Assembly: GCA_040905465.1 (NCBI GenBank)
Contig: JBBDRK010000043.1
Location: forward strand, 1 to 64,000
Direction: 5' to 3'
DNA length: 64,000 bases
DNA from: Trueperaceae bacterium
GTDB lineage: Bacteria; Deinococcota; Deinococci; Deinococcales; Trueperaceae
Below the pieces are notes generated by a model. The model had not been told where the DNA came from. It made no database searches and saw only the letters and a program-made list of their open reading frames with translations. A program made the position numbers and the translations under genes. Position 1 is the first letter of the stretch; the number at the start of each line of letters is the position of its first letter. Below are positions 34,948-44,798 of the stretch, piece after piece.

Positions 34948-35996
34948 CTAGGCGTCGCTGAAGTCCAGGACCACCTGGAGCGCGCCTGCCGGCTCCTGGT
35001 CGAGGATGCGGAAAGCTTCCGCCGCCTGCGAGTACGGATACTCGTGGGTGATCAGAGACTTCAGTTGCAGGGCTCCCTCCGCTTGCAGGCGGATTCCGGT
35101 GTGGATCAGCCGCAGTTGGTTCCAGCGGTAACTCAGCTCCGGATCCACCCCGAAAATTTGCGAGCACACGATGTTGACCCGGTTGTGGTGGAACTCCTCT
35201 CCGAGGAAGAGGCCCTCGGCGTTTCCCTGAAAGAACCCCAGCGCCACGACCCTGGCCGAGTAGGCCACCGAGCGAACCGCCTCGTTCAGCGCCCGGGTCG
35301 AGCCTGACGCCTCGATGGCTACATCCGCTCCGCGGCCCTCTGTGAGCTCGCGGATCGTCTCGGCCACCCCACCCTCGCTGGCGTCCACGATAACGTCGAC
35401 GGCGCCGCTGGCAACGGCCAGCTCGAGGCGCTCGACGATCAGGTCGACGCCTACTACACGGGCGCCGGAGCGCTTGGCGAGCTGCGCGGCGATCTGCCCC
35501 GGTACGCCCAAGCCGAAAATGGCAACGGTCTCGCCGACGCGGATTCGCGCGTCGTGCACACCGTTGAGCGAGATGGCACCGATCTGTGAAAATATGCCGA
35601 GAACCGACTCCAGAGCGGCGGGCAGGATCCTCTGCTTCGCGTACTCCTCGCTGACGACGTGGCGGCTGCGGTGGCCCCAGGCACCGTACACCCGGTCGCC
35701 GAGAGCGACGCCGCCTACGTCGGCGCCGAGTTCGATGACCTCCCCGACCTCTTCATAACCCCAGCCACGCACCGGATACTGCAGTTGCGGCGCATCGGAT
35801 TTCGTGAACAGCCGCCGCTCCGCGTCCCAGCGTTTGTGCAGGTATGGGTTGCTTCCCCGGTAGGCGGTGAGCTCGGTGCCCGCGCTGATCCCCGAGTAGA
35901 GGGTGCGGAGCGCACCTCTCCGGCCCCCAGCGGTTGTTCGGCCGCTTCCTCTATGACTACCGCACCTGGTTCTTCGAACACGACGATTTTGCTCAT
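34948..35996 (-). pseudogene. Zinc-binding (MDR) dehydrogenase with a single 1-nt frameshift near 35911
   Basis: MSKIVVFEEPG...GEVR joins LRTLYSGISAGTE...WGYEEVG..GLGVPG only if one base is added. Confidence 0.8.
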
Positions 35997-36165
35997 TACG
36001 CTCCGATTCGATTCACGTTTCGTTCTTACGGGAGGCTGTGCTAGCCCTTTACGGCTCCCGCGGTTATTCCCTGGATGAATTTACGCTGCGGCACTAGGTA
36101 GACGATTATTATCGGCAGCATCACAATACCGGTCGCGGCCATCGTCAACGCATAACATGGCCCGG

Positions 36166-37128
36166 ATGAGCACACTGCTGCTGGCCTTCAAACCTGACAG
36201 CCTGAGCGACGCTCAGGTCGACTCCGTCCGAGAAGCCGCGCCCGGAATGCGCGTTGTCGTCGCCAACGCCCAAGCCGATATCGAGGCCCTGCTCGACGGG
36301 ATCGAGGTGGCTGTCGGTGAGTTCCCGCGTGAGTTGCTTCCGAACGCACCACGCCTACGCTGGTTCCAGCAGTGGGGCGCCGGGGCGGATTGGTTGTTGC
36401 GGCATCCGGACGCGGTCGAGGCAGGCTTCGTACTCACCAGCGCCTCCGGAGTCCACGCAATTCCGATAAGCGAGCACATTCTGGCTGTCATGCTCGCGTT
36501 CGCGCGGGCGCTGCCGCAGGCCGTTCGCGATCAGGAAGGCGTGAACTGGAATCCCGCCGGCGAGTCGAACGTGTTCGAGCTTGCCGGCAAGACGATGCTG
36601 CTTGTCGGGGTGGGCGAGATCGGAGCGCGAACCGCCCGCCTGGCGGCTGCGTTGGACATGCGGGTCGTAGGCGTACGGCGCGACTCCTCGCAAGGGGTTG
36701 CCGGGGTGGCGCAGATGCAGGGAAGGGACGCTCTTCCCGCACTACTGCCCGAAGCGGACTTCGTAGTGCTCACGGTGCCGCTGACCCGGGCGACCCGCGG
36801 CATGATCGGCGAGGCGGAGTTGCGCGCCATGAAGGAGTCGGCGTATCTGATAAATATCGGCAGGGGCGGAACAGTGAGTGAGGCCGACCTGGTACGGGCG
36901 CTCAACGAAGGGTGGATCGCCGGGGCCGGGCTCGATGTCTTCGAGGATGAGCCGCTGCCCGAGGATTCGCCCCTGTGGGGCATGGACAACGTGCTCGTCA
37001 CCAGCCACTATTCCGGAACGACGCCCCACTACGACTCGCGCGCGCTCGAGATCTTTCTCGGCAATCTCCGACGCTACCTGGCCGGCGAGCCGCTGCGCAA
37101 TGTCGTCGACAAGAGCCGCGGGTATTGA
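36166..37128 (+). CDS. D-2-hydroxyacid dehydrogenase
   Basis: GAGAD, GVGEIG, INIGRG, LDVFEDEPLP, TSH. Start is 36157 or 36166; the latter lies 7 nt after TAACAT. Confidence 0.92.
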   Translation: MSTLLLAFKPDSLSDAQVDSVREAAPGMRVVVANAQADIEALLDGIEVAVGEFPRELLPNAPRLRWFQQWGAGADWLLRHPDAVEAGFVLTSASGVHAIPISEHILAVMLAFARALPQAVRDQEGVNWNPAGESNVFELAGKTMLLVGVGEIGARTARLAAALDMRVVGVRRDSSQGVAGVAQMQGRDALPALLPEADFVVLTVPLTRATRGMIGEAELRAMKESAYLINIGRGGTVSEADLVRALNEGWIAGAGLDVFEDEPLPEDSPLWGMDNVLVTSHYSGTTPHYDSRALEIFLGNLRRYLAGEPLRNVVDKSRGY

Positions 37129-37153
37129 CGCCGGCGGCCGTCGACGATGCCCG

Positions 37154-38527
37154 TCACTCGGGCTTCAGGAACCACAGCACCTCGTTTCTTCCTGTCGGCG
37201 GTTGCGGTTCGCGGTTGAGCCGGACTTCCACCAGCGTGGTGGTGAACGGGTAGAAGAAGGAGATCCTCTCCAGCGACGACAGGTCGATCACGCCGCTCCA
37301 TTCGCCCTGAACCTCGCGCGACTCCTGATCGACGTACAGCTCGACGTCCTCGTCGGAGAAACCGTCGTAGGCCACCAGGGCGGTTCCGGAGGAGGCTACC
37401 AACCGGACGCCGAGCGTGTCGCCTTCAGCGAGGCCGAGCGAGTCGAGGTTGATGTGGAAGCAGCGGTAGCTGGCGTCGCCGCTGTACGGGCGCACGGCCA
37501 TCTCGTGGTCACGCAACTGCTCCCACTTGCGCTTGCCTTTGCGCTTCACGATGAAGTCGAGGTAGTAGTCGTTCACTCCGTCGTCGCGTTCGTCCACCAC
37601 CCGGACCACGAACTGCTGCCAGCGCGCGAGGTGCATCGCTCGGCCGAACACCGTGGTCGCGTGCGACGCGGCCCGTTGCAACCAGGCCCGGTATGACGCG
37701 GCGTCATCGACCGCCAGGGCGTCCATTACGAAGCGAACGAGGCGCTTCGGCGGATTGCTGAGGATGCTTCCGTGATCACGACCGGAAATCGGAATGACAG
37801 GGATGTCGACATTGCTCCAGGGGGCGGTCTGTACCCTCCGCGGGTCGACGTCGCCGGCGCGGTCGAGGGTCAGGTCGATAGTTATCTTGCGGGTATTGAG
37901 GGCGGCGCCGGCGAGTCGAACGGTGCCGTCCGTGCCCTCGTCACTTATCCACTTCAGCGGGGGAGGGTACTTGGCGGTCCCGCAGAAGATGAACGCGTAG
38001 GGTGTTTCGCTGCCGGGCCCGTAGAAGGCCCCTTCGCCGATGAGGTCACGGTGCGCCAGATCCCAGGTGAAGCGGCTGCCCAACTCGAGGCCGTCGAGCA
38101 CGAGGTCGCCGGCCTCCAGGAAGTCCGGGCCGAGCTCCCGGTTACCCCGGAAGATGGCGCCCAGCCAGCCGCGCCCCTTGTGCGCCAGGGGAGACCCGAA
38201 CGTAGCCGGAGCGAGCCCGATGAGGTGCTTGAGCCTGCTTCTGCGCCGGGCGTGGGAGGCGAGCCAGGCCCTCACCACCAGCATGCCGGTGGAGTGCACG
38301 ATAGCGTCGAACTCCTCGTTGCCGTCGAGGCCGGTCTGGATGCGCAGCGCCCGGTCGAGCGCTTCGGCGATGTCCTTGATGCTGACCTCGTTCGTCAGCG
38401 TCTTGTAGGTGCAGACGTGAAGCTGGTCGGGGCCGTAACCCTGTTCCGCCAGAACCTGCTTCCAGGAATCGAACGAGCTTCCGGACGCCGAGTAGCCGTG
38501 GATGAGTACGAGCGGTCTGGCCGGCAT
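37154..38527 (-). CDS. Alpha/beta hydrolase (esterase/lipase family)
   Basis: LVLIHGYS oxyanion motif, VHSTG nucleophile elbow, APATFGSPLAH, TDGTV, DH. Confidence 0.85.
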   Translation of the reverse strand: MPARPLVLIHGYSASGSSFDSWKQVLAEQGYGPDQLHVCTYKTLTNEVSIKDIAEALDRALRIQTGLDGNEEFDAIVHSTGMLVVRAWLASHARRRSRLKHLIGLAPATFGSPLAHKGRGWLGAIFRGNRELGPDFLEAGDLVLDGLELGSRFTWDLAHRDLIGEGAFYGPGSETPYAFIFCGTAKYPPPLKWISDEGTDGTVRLAGAALNTRKITIDLTLDRAGDVDPRRVQTAPWSNVDIPVIPISGRDHGSILSNPPKRLVRFVMDALAVDDAASYRAWLQRAASHATTVFGRAMHLARWQQFVVRVVDERDDGVNDYYLDFIVKRKGKRKWEQLRDHEMAVRPYSGDASYRCFHINLDSLGLAEGDTLGVRLVASSGTALVAYDGFSDEDVELYVDQESREVQGEWSGVIDLSSLERISFFYPFTTTLVEVRLNREPQPPTGRNEVLWFLKPE

Positions 38528-38665
38528 GGGGGCTCCTCTCGTGTGGGGGCTGCCGCGACGAGACGTAGACTGGTACTGCCAAGTCTAATTGCCGGCTCCG
38601 CGCCCCATGCACAGGGACGCGCGCCAATGCCAAGCGTGCGACCTCCACAGTGCTAGCCTGACGTG

Positions 38666-39751
38666 ATGAAACTCGACGTCCTGGAGTTCGAGGGCAGCCC
38701 TTACCAGCTCGGCTACAGCCACGGTAGGTGCTACGCCGACGCCATCTGGCACTTCGCGCGAGAGCGGGTGGAGCTGGCCGGCAGCGAAGCCTGGACCGGT
38801 CGGACGCTGGAGCGCTCCGCCGTGCTGGAGCTGGCCGAGAAGTGCCTGGACGCCCATGAGCGGTTCACGCCCAGCAGTATGGAAGAGCTCGAGGGAATGG
38901 CGGCCGCAACCGGTCTCAGCCTCCCCGAGCTGATCGTGGTCAACGGATTCACGGACTTCGTGGATACCGTGTACGCCGACGGTCGAAGTGCCGGTGCGAC
39001 GGCGGCGAGCCCGGACGACTGCACGGCCGCGTTGGTGCCTTCCGGGCGCGCCCAAGACAACCAGGCGCTTCTGGGCCAGACCTGGGACATGCACGCATCG
39101 GCAGCCGAGCACGTTCTGCTGATCAGGGGCCGGCCGGCAGGGGACCCCGAGTTCCTCACCTTCACCTCCGTGGGTTGCGTAGGCATGATCGGCATGAACG
39201 AAGCGGGCCTGGTGGTGGGCATCAACAACCTCATGGGCGGCGATGGTCAACCCGGCGTGATGTGGACGTTCGTGGTGCGCGAACTGCTGCGGCGCGAAAC
39301 CCTTGCCGAGGCGCTGGAGCTGCTCGACGCGGTTCCGCTTGCAGGGGCCCACAACTACCTGCTCCTCGACCGGCACGGCAACGGCGCCAATGTCGAGGCG
39401 ACGGGCAGCAGGCGCCATGTGACGCCCCTTGCCGACCGAACGATCCTCCACACCAACCACTGCCTTTTCCCGAACACCCAGGAAGTCGAGCGTGAGCGCG
39501 CCGACGCGTCGTTGACCGGTTCCCGGGCCAGGCTGCAGCGCGCCGCGGAGCTGCTTGCCGATGGTGAGGTCTCGCCCGAGCGGTTGCAGAGGCTCACGGC
39601 CGACGAGCCGCTCATCTGCACGAGTCCCAAGCCGCCGCTTCACGTTGCAACCTGCGGCGCGGCGGTCATGAGACCGGCCACCGGCGAGTTCTGGGCGGTC
39701 AAGGGGCCACCGGGGCGAGGTGAGTACCGGCGCTACACCGTTCCGGGCTGA
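38666..39751 (+). CDS. Peptidase C45 family autoproteolytic acyltransferase/amidohydrolase (Ntn)
   Basis: GSPYQLGYSHG, DDCT nucleophile, LGQTWD, GMNEAG, HTNH. Confidence 0.9.
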   Translation: MKLDVLEFEGSPYQLGYSHGRCYADAIWHFARERVELAGSEAWTGRTLERSAVLELAEKCLDAHERFTPSSMEELEGMAAATGLSLPELIVVNGFTDFVDTVYADGRSAGATAASPDDCTAALVPSGRAQDNQALLGQTWDMHASAAEHVLLIRGRPAGDPEFLTFTSVGCVGMIGMNEAGLVVGINNLMGGDGQPGVMWTFVVRELLRRETLAEALELLDAVPLAGAHNYLLLDRHGNGANVEATGSRRHVTPLADRTILHTNHCLFPNTQEVERERADASLTGSRARLQRAAELLADGEVSPERLQRLTADEPLICTSPKPPLHVATCGAAVMRPATGEFWAVKGPPGRGEYRRYTVPG

Positions 39752-39761
39752 ACTCGACAGG

Positions 39762-40541
39762 ATGATTCGCATCGTGCAGATCGAGCAGCGCTTCGCGGAG
39801 GACCTCGAGCGGCTTCAGCGCGACTGCTTCCCGAACCTTGCCGAACACGAGTTGATGACTCGCGAGAACTTCATCAGCCACTGCCGCATCTTCCCCGAAG
39901 GCGATTTCGTTGCCCTCGACGTCTCCGAACGAAGCCCGGTCGACGGGCAGACCGCCGACGGGCAGACCGCCGACGGGCAGACCGCCGACGGGCAGACCGC
40001 CGATGAGCAGCCCGCCGGCCATCCAGGCAACAGCGTGCCCACCAACGCCGGCGCCGCTGAGCGAGTGGTTGGGCTGGGATCAGGGTTCTTCACCGAGTTC
40101 GACTTCGACCACCCTGACCACACCTTCGAGGAAGTGATCGCCGGCGGCGACTACAGCAACCACGACCCGGACGGCGACTGGTACTACGGCGGCGACATCT
40201 CGGTGCACCCCGACTACCGCCGACGCGGCATCGGCCGAATGCTGTACGACGCCCGCAAGGATCTGGTACGGCGCTTCAACCGCCGCGGGATCGTAGCCGG
40301 CGGCGCGCTGCCCGGGTACGCCGAACAGCGTGATTCCCTCACGGTTCCCGATTACGTGCGAAAGGTCGTGGGCGGCGGGCTCAACGACCCGACGCTCAGC
40401 TTTCAGCTCAGGAACGGCTTCCGGGTCCGTGGCATGCTGCGCGATTACATCGAGGACAGCGTCACCGGGAACTGGGCGACCTTGATAGCGTGGGAGAACC
40501 CGGCCTATCGTGCGTCGCAAGGGGTCGGAGCGCGACGTTGA
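39762..40541 (+). CDS. GNAT N-acyltransferase
   Basis: IFPEG, HDPDGDWYYG, ISVHPDYRRRGIG, DARK, DPTLSFQLRNGF, WENP. Confidence 0.88.
   Translation: MIRIVQIEQRFAEDLERLQRDCFPNLAEHELMTRENFISHCRIFPEGDFVALDVSERSPVDGQTADGQTADGQTADGQTADEQPAGHPGNSVPTNAGAAERVVGLGSGFFTEFDFDHPDHTFEEVIAGGDYSNHDPDGDWYYGGDISVHPDYRRRGIGRMLYDARKDLVRRFNRRGIVAGGALPGYAEQRDSLTVPDYVRKVVGGGLNDPTLSFQLRNGFRVRGMLRDYIEDSVTGNWATLIAWENPAYRASQGVGARR
39941..40015 (+). repeat. Coding minisatellite, 15-bp unit (DGQTA)
   Basis: CGACGGGCAGACCGC four times perfectly plus one degenerate copy. Confidence 0.95.
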
Positions 40542-41923
40542 ATGAGGTGCCGAACGCCCTGGTCGTCGGCGCCGGCATGGCCGGCCTGGCGGCCGCCAGA
40601 CGGCTGGTCGACAGCGGAAAGAGCGTGGTGGTGCTGGAGGCTCGCGAGCGCCTCGGCGGGCGCTTGTGGACCGACCGGCACTTCGCCGAAGTACCGGTGG
40701 AGTTGGGGGCCGAGTTCATCCATGGCGACCGGGTAGCTACCTGGGAGTACGTGCGGGCGCTGGGACTGCGCACGCTTCACTGGAACAAACTCGGCGACTC
40801 GCAGGTGCGTACCGAAGGCGGCGAGTGGCTGAGCATGGCCGAGGCGCGTGCCGCCGACCGGGATCTGGAGCTCACCAGGACGTGGGAACTGCCGGACGTG
40901 CCGGCCGGCCGCTACGAGGATCTGGGGAGCTACCTGAAACGTATCGGCTTCAGCCGGCAGCAGTTGCGATACGTGGAGCGCTGGTTCGCCAACGCGCAGG
41001 GCGAGGACATGCGGTTCCTGTCGGCAGCGGCGACGCTGCGGGCGTTGCGTGGCTACGCAGGCAACGGCGAGGGTGATTACCGGGTAATAGGCGGCTACGA
41101 CGCCGTGCCCAAGCATCTGGCCCGGGGTCTGGACGTGCGTCTGAGCACTCCGGTCGCGCAGGTCCGCTGGGGCGCTGCAGGCGTTACCGCCGTGAGCGAA
41201 GCCGGCGAGAGTTTCGCGGCCGAGTCGCTGATAATCACCGTGCCGGTGGGCGTTTGGCAGGCCGACGCGATACGGTTCATCCCTGAGTTGCCGGAAGAAA
41301 AGTCGCGGGCACTGGCGGGCTTGCGAATGGGCCCGGTCATCAAGCTGGTCTATCGCTTCGCCGAGCTGGTCGTCGGACCGGAAACAATGGCCATCTACAG
41401 CCGCCACAACCCGCCCATGTGGTGGTCGCCGTCCTTTGGCCAGATCGGCAGGGGGCCCGACAAGCGCTCGGCACCGGGTAGCAGGCCGGGCGAGCGGGCC
41501 GCTACCCCCACGACCGGCCACGGAGGGCCCGGCCAGGTTTGGACTGCGTTCGTCTCGGGCTCTGCCGCGGCCTCCTTGTTGGCCTTGGGCGAGCACGGCG
41601 CCCTGGCTGCCGGTGTCGAAGCGCTGTCGCAGGAGCTCGGCCGCAGGCTGGAACCGTCGGACTCGCGACTGATCGACTGGCCGGGCGACCGGTTCTCGCT
41701 GGGTGGCTACAGCTACGTCCTGCCCGGCCACGATGGTGTACGCGGGCTGCTGGCGCGCCCGGTACCGCCGCTCTTCTTCGCCGGCGAAGCGAGCGCGTCC
41801 GAGCATCAGGCGGGCACCGTTCATGGGGCCATCGAGAGCGGCAGGCGCGCTGCCGGCGAAGTGTCGGCGTTCCTGGGCGAACCTTCGACCGGCGGCGGCC
41901 GGAGCGCTCGATCGGTCGACTGA
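40538..41923 (+). CDS. Flavin monoamine oxidase family protein
   Basis: VVGAGMAGL, EARERLGGR, LGAEFIHG, GGYS, FFAGEA..GTVHGAIESG; TTGA overlap with the GNAT stop. Confidence 0.9.
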   Translation: MNEVPNALVVGAGMAGLAAARRLVDSGKSVVVLEARERLGGRLWTDRHFAEVPVELGAEFIHGDRVATWEYVRALGLRTLHWNKLGDSQVRTEGGEWLSMAEARAADRDLELTRTWELPDVPAGRYEDLGSYLKRIGFSRQQLRYVERWFANAQGEDMRFLSAAATLRALRGYAGNGEGDYRVIGGYDAVPKHLARGLDVRLSTPVAQVRWGAAGVTAVSEAGESFAAESLIITVPVGVWQADAIRFIPELPEEKSRALAGLRMGPVIKLVYRFAELVVGPETMAIYSRHNPPMWWSPSFGQIGRGPDKRSAPGSRPGERAATPTTGHGGPGQVWTAFVSGSAAASLLALGEHGALAAGVEALSQELGRRLEPSDSRLIDWPGDRFSLGGYSYVLPGHDGVRGLLARPVPPLFFAGEASASEHQAGTVHGAIESGRRAAGEVSAFLGEPSTGGGRSARSVD

Positions 41924-41997
41924 GCCGTCAGAGCTTGTGCTAGCCTGACGCCAACGGCGCAGATTGTCAGCCGCATAGGCCGGTAGCGAGGTAGCCG

Positions 41998-43290
41998 ATG
42001 AGCGACCAACTCTCAACCCATCTCTCGAGCGTGTGGAGCCACCTGACCCCGATCCGTCCGGTTCGCGGCGAGGGGGTCTATCTGTTCGATGCCGAGGGTC
42101 GGCGCTATACGGACTTCACCTCAGGGATCGGCGTCACCAGCACCGGGCACTGCCACCCGAGAGTGGTGGACGCGATCCGTCGGCAGGCGGCTGAGCTCCT
42201 GTTCAGTCAGGTGAACATCGCGGTGCCGCCGGTCGCGGAGGAGCTGGCGCTGGCCCTGTCGAAGCTCACGCCCGGCTCGATCGACAGGTTCTTCTTCGCC
42301 AATTCCGGGGCGGAGGCGATCGAGGGCGCGCTCAAGCTGGCCCGGCACGCCACCGGGCGCACCAACTTGGTCGTGTTCCAGGGGAGCTTCCACGGGCGCA
42401 CGCATCAGGCGATGGCGATGACCACCTCCAGGACCGCCTACCGGCACCGCTACCAGCCACTGCCGGGTGGCGTGTTCGTGGCGCCGTTCCCGGACGCTCG
42501 GCGGCACGGCGGAAGCGAGGCCGACGCGGTTCACTACTGCCTGGAGCAGCTCGAGCTGATGCTGATAAGCCAAAGCGCTCCCGACGAGACTGCCGCGATG
42601 TTCATAGAGCCGGTCCTGGGCGAGGGCGGCTACCACCCGGCGCCTGCCGCATTTTTGCGCGGGTTACGCGAACTGTGCGACAGGCACGGCATCCTGCTGG
42701 TGTTCGACGAAGTGCAGACCGGATTCGGCCGTACCGGCAAGACGTTCGCCTTCGAACACTCCGGCGTTGCGCCCGACATCCTGGTAATGGCCAAGGGTCT
42801 CGCTAGCGGCCTGCCGGTCTCCGCCGTGGGAGCGAGCGCCGAGCTGATGTCGCGCTGGGAGCCCGGAACGCACGGCGGGACCTACGGCGGCGGCAGCGCG
42901 GTTCCGCTGGCGGCGGCGTTGGCGACCATCGAGACGCTGCTCGACGAGGAGCTGATAGCCAACGCCGCCCGGCAGGGCGAGAGGCTTCGCTCCGGTCTGA
43001 ACGACCTGAAGCGGCGGGTCGCGGGCCACGCCGACGTCCGCGGGCTGGGGCTGATGGTTGCCGTGGAGTTCCGCGACGAGGATGGCGAACCCGACAAGGC
43101 GGCGACCAAGGGCGTTCAACGCGCCTGCCTGGACCAGGGTCTGCTGCTCCTGACCTGCGGCAGCTACGAGAACGTTATCCGCTGGATCCCGCCGTTGGTG
43201 GTGACCGGCGAGCAGATAGACGAGGCATTGGCGGTCTTTGCCGAGGCGTTGAACCGCAACTATCGGTCGGCAGTTGCCGGCGGGGGATGA
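41998..43290 (+). CDS. gabT: Class III aminotransferase (4-aminobutyrate aminotransferase-like)
   Basis: DFTSGIGV, NSGAEA, FHGRT, EPVLGEGG, DEVQTGFGRTG, MAKG, HGGTYGG. Confidence 0.82.
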   Translation: MSDQLSTHLSSVWSHLTPIRPVRGEGVYLFDAEGRRYTDFTSGIGVTSTGHCHPRVVDAIRRQAAELLFSQVNIAVPPVAEELALALSKLTPGSIDRFFFANSGAEAIEGALKLARHATGRTNLVVFQGSFHGRTHQAMAMTTSRTAYRHRYQPLPGGVFVAPFPDARRHGGSEADAVHYCLEQLELMLISQSAPDETAAMFIEPVLGEGGYHPAPAAFLRGLRELCDRHGILLVFDEVQTGFGRTGKTFAFEHSGVAPDILVMAKGLASGLPVSAVGASAELMSRWEPGTHGGTYGGGSAVPLAAALATIETLLDEELIANAARQGERLRSGLNDLKRRVAGHADVRGLGLMVAVEFRDEDGEPDKAATKGVQRACLDQGLLLLTCGSYENVIRWIPPLVVTGEQIDEALAVFAEALNRNYRSAVAGGG

Positions 43291-43293
43291 GGC

Positions 43294-44766
43294 GTGCTCA
43301 TTAGCCGCGACGTGAACAGCATCGAGCAGGAGTACCGGTTCGAGATGCTGATCGGCGGCGAGTGGCGCCCCGCGGCTTCGCGCGGCAGATGGCGCCTGCT
43401 CGATCCCGGGACCGAGGAGTTGATCCAGGAGGTCCCGTTCGGCGACGCCGAGGATGCCACCGCGGCGGTCGACGCCGCCGCGGCCGCACTGCGCGCCTGG
43501 TCGCGAGCGACACCTTACGATCGTGGCGAAGTCCTGGAGCGCGCCGCCGCCTGGATTCGGCCTCGCGCGGCGGAACTGGCGCGCCTTACCACCGAGGAGT
43601 CCGGCAAACCGCTGGGCGAGTCGAAGGCCGAGTGGCTCTCGGCCTGTAACTATCTCACCTGGTTCGTCGCCGAGGGGGTTCGTGGTTACGGTCGCACTAT
43701 TCCCGCCAGGCAGGGCTCACGGCGCATTCACACCCTGCAGCAGCCGCTCGGGGTGATCGCCAGCATCACAGCCTGGAACTTCCCGGTCTACAACAACGTT
43801 CGCTGCTGGGCGGCCGCCCTCGCCGCTGGTTGCACGGTAGTGGGGCGTCCGTCCGAGTACACGCCGCGCTCGGGGATGCTTCTCGCTCAGGCACTGCACG
43901 AGGGCGGCGCCCCTCCTGGAGTGGTGAATCTCGTGAACGGCGATCCGGAGGCGATGGCGGGGGTATTCCTCGACGACCCGAGAGTGCGCAAGATCCAGTT
44001 CACCGGCTCACCCCGGGTGGGCAGGCTGCTCATGGATGGCGCCTCACGGACGATCACCCGACTTTCGCTCGAGCTGGGCGGCAACGCCCCGGTGCTGGTG
44101 TTCCCGGACGTGGCCGACGTCCACGCCGCCGCCAGGAGCGCAGTCATCTGGAAGTACCGCAATTGCGGTCAGGTCTGCGTGGCACCGCAGCGCTTCCTGG
44201 TGCACCGCGATATCGCCGAACCATTCATGGAGGAAGCGGTGGTCGCATCGAATGGGCTGCGGGTGGGACACGGCCTGGACCGGGGTACGCAGGTAGGTCC
44301 GCTGATCAACGCGCGGCAACGCGACCGTGTCGGCGATCTGATCGCCGCCAGCCGTTCGGCCGGCGCCGAGGTGTTGAGTGGCGGCATAGCGCTGGAGAGG
44401 CCAGGTTACTTTTTCCATCCGACAGTCGTAGCCGGTGCCGGACCGGGCGTTCCGGTGTTCGACGAGGAGATCTTCGGCCCGGTCATGCCGGTGACCGTCT
44501 TCGACGACACCGACGAGGCTCTGGCGCTGGCCAATGGGAGCGAGAACGGGCTCGCCGCGTTCGTGCTGACGCGCGACCTCAACACCGCGATCCGCGTATC
44601 CGAGGAGCTGGAGTTCGGTATGGTCTGCATCAACGACTGGTTGCCGGCAACTCCCGAGGCGCCGTTCGGCGGTGTAAAGGGCAGCGGGTTCGGTCGCGAA
44701 ACCGGGCTCGAGGGGCTGCGCGAGTACCAGGAGACGAAAACGATCTTCACCGGCGGCGTGGAGTAG
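43294..44766 (+). CDS. gabD: NAD(P)-dependent succinate-semialdehyde dehydrogenase-like ALDH
   Basis: WNFP, FTGS, LELGGNAP, RNCGQVC, EEIFGP, PFGGVKGSGFGRE; alternative start at ATG 43345. Confidence 0.82.
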   Translation: MLISRDVNSIEQEYRFEMLIGGEWRPAASRGRWRLLDPGTEELIQEVPFGDAEDATAAVDAAAAALRAWSRATPYDRGEVLERAAAWIRPRAAELARLTTEESGKPLGESKAEWLSACNYLTWFVAEGVRGYGRTIPARQGSRRIHTLQQPLGVIASITAWNFPVYNNVRCWAAALAAGCTVVGRPSEYTPRSGMLLAQALHEGGAPPGVVNLVNGDPEAMAGVFLDDPRVRKIQFTGSPRVGRLLMDGASRTITRLSLELGGNAPVLVFPDVADVHAAARSAVIWKYRNCGQVCVAPQRFLVHRDIAEPFMEEAVVASNGLRVGHGLDRGTQVGPLINARQRDRVGDLIAASRSAGAEVLSGGIALERPGYFFHPTVVAGAGPGVPVFDEEIFGPVMPVTVFDDTDEALALANGSENGLAAFVLTRDLNTAIRVSEELEFGMVCINDWLPATPEAPFGGVKGSGFGRETGLEGLREYQETKTIFTGGVE

Positions 44767-44798
44767 GCCGACGGATGGACTCAAAAGGAGGAGAAACG

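Noticed and set aside
39941-40015. Possible CRISPR array
   Set aside because: Contiguous 15-bp units without spacers, in frame within a CDS; no cas genes in the window.
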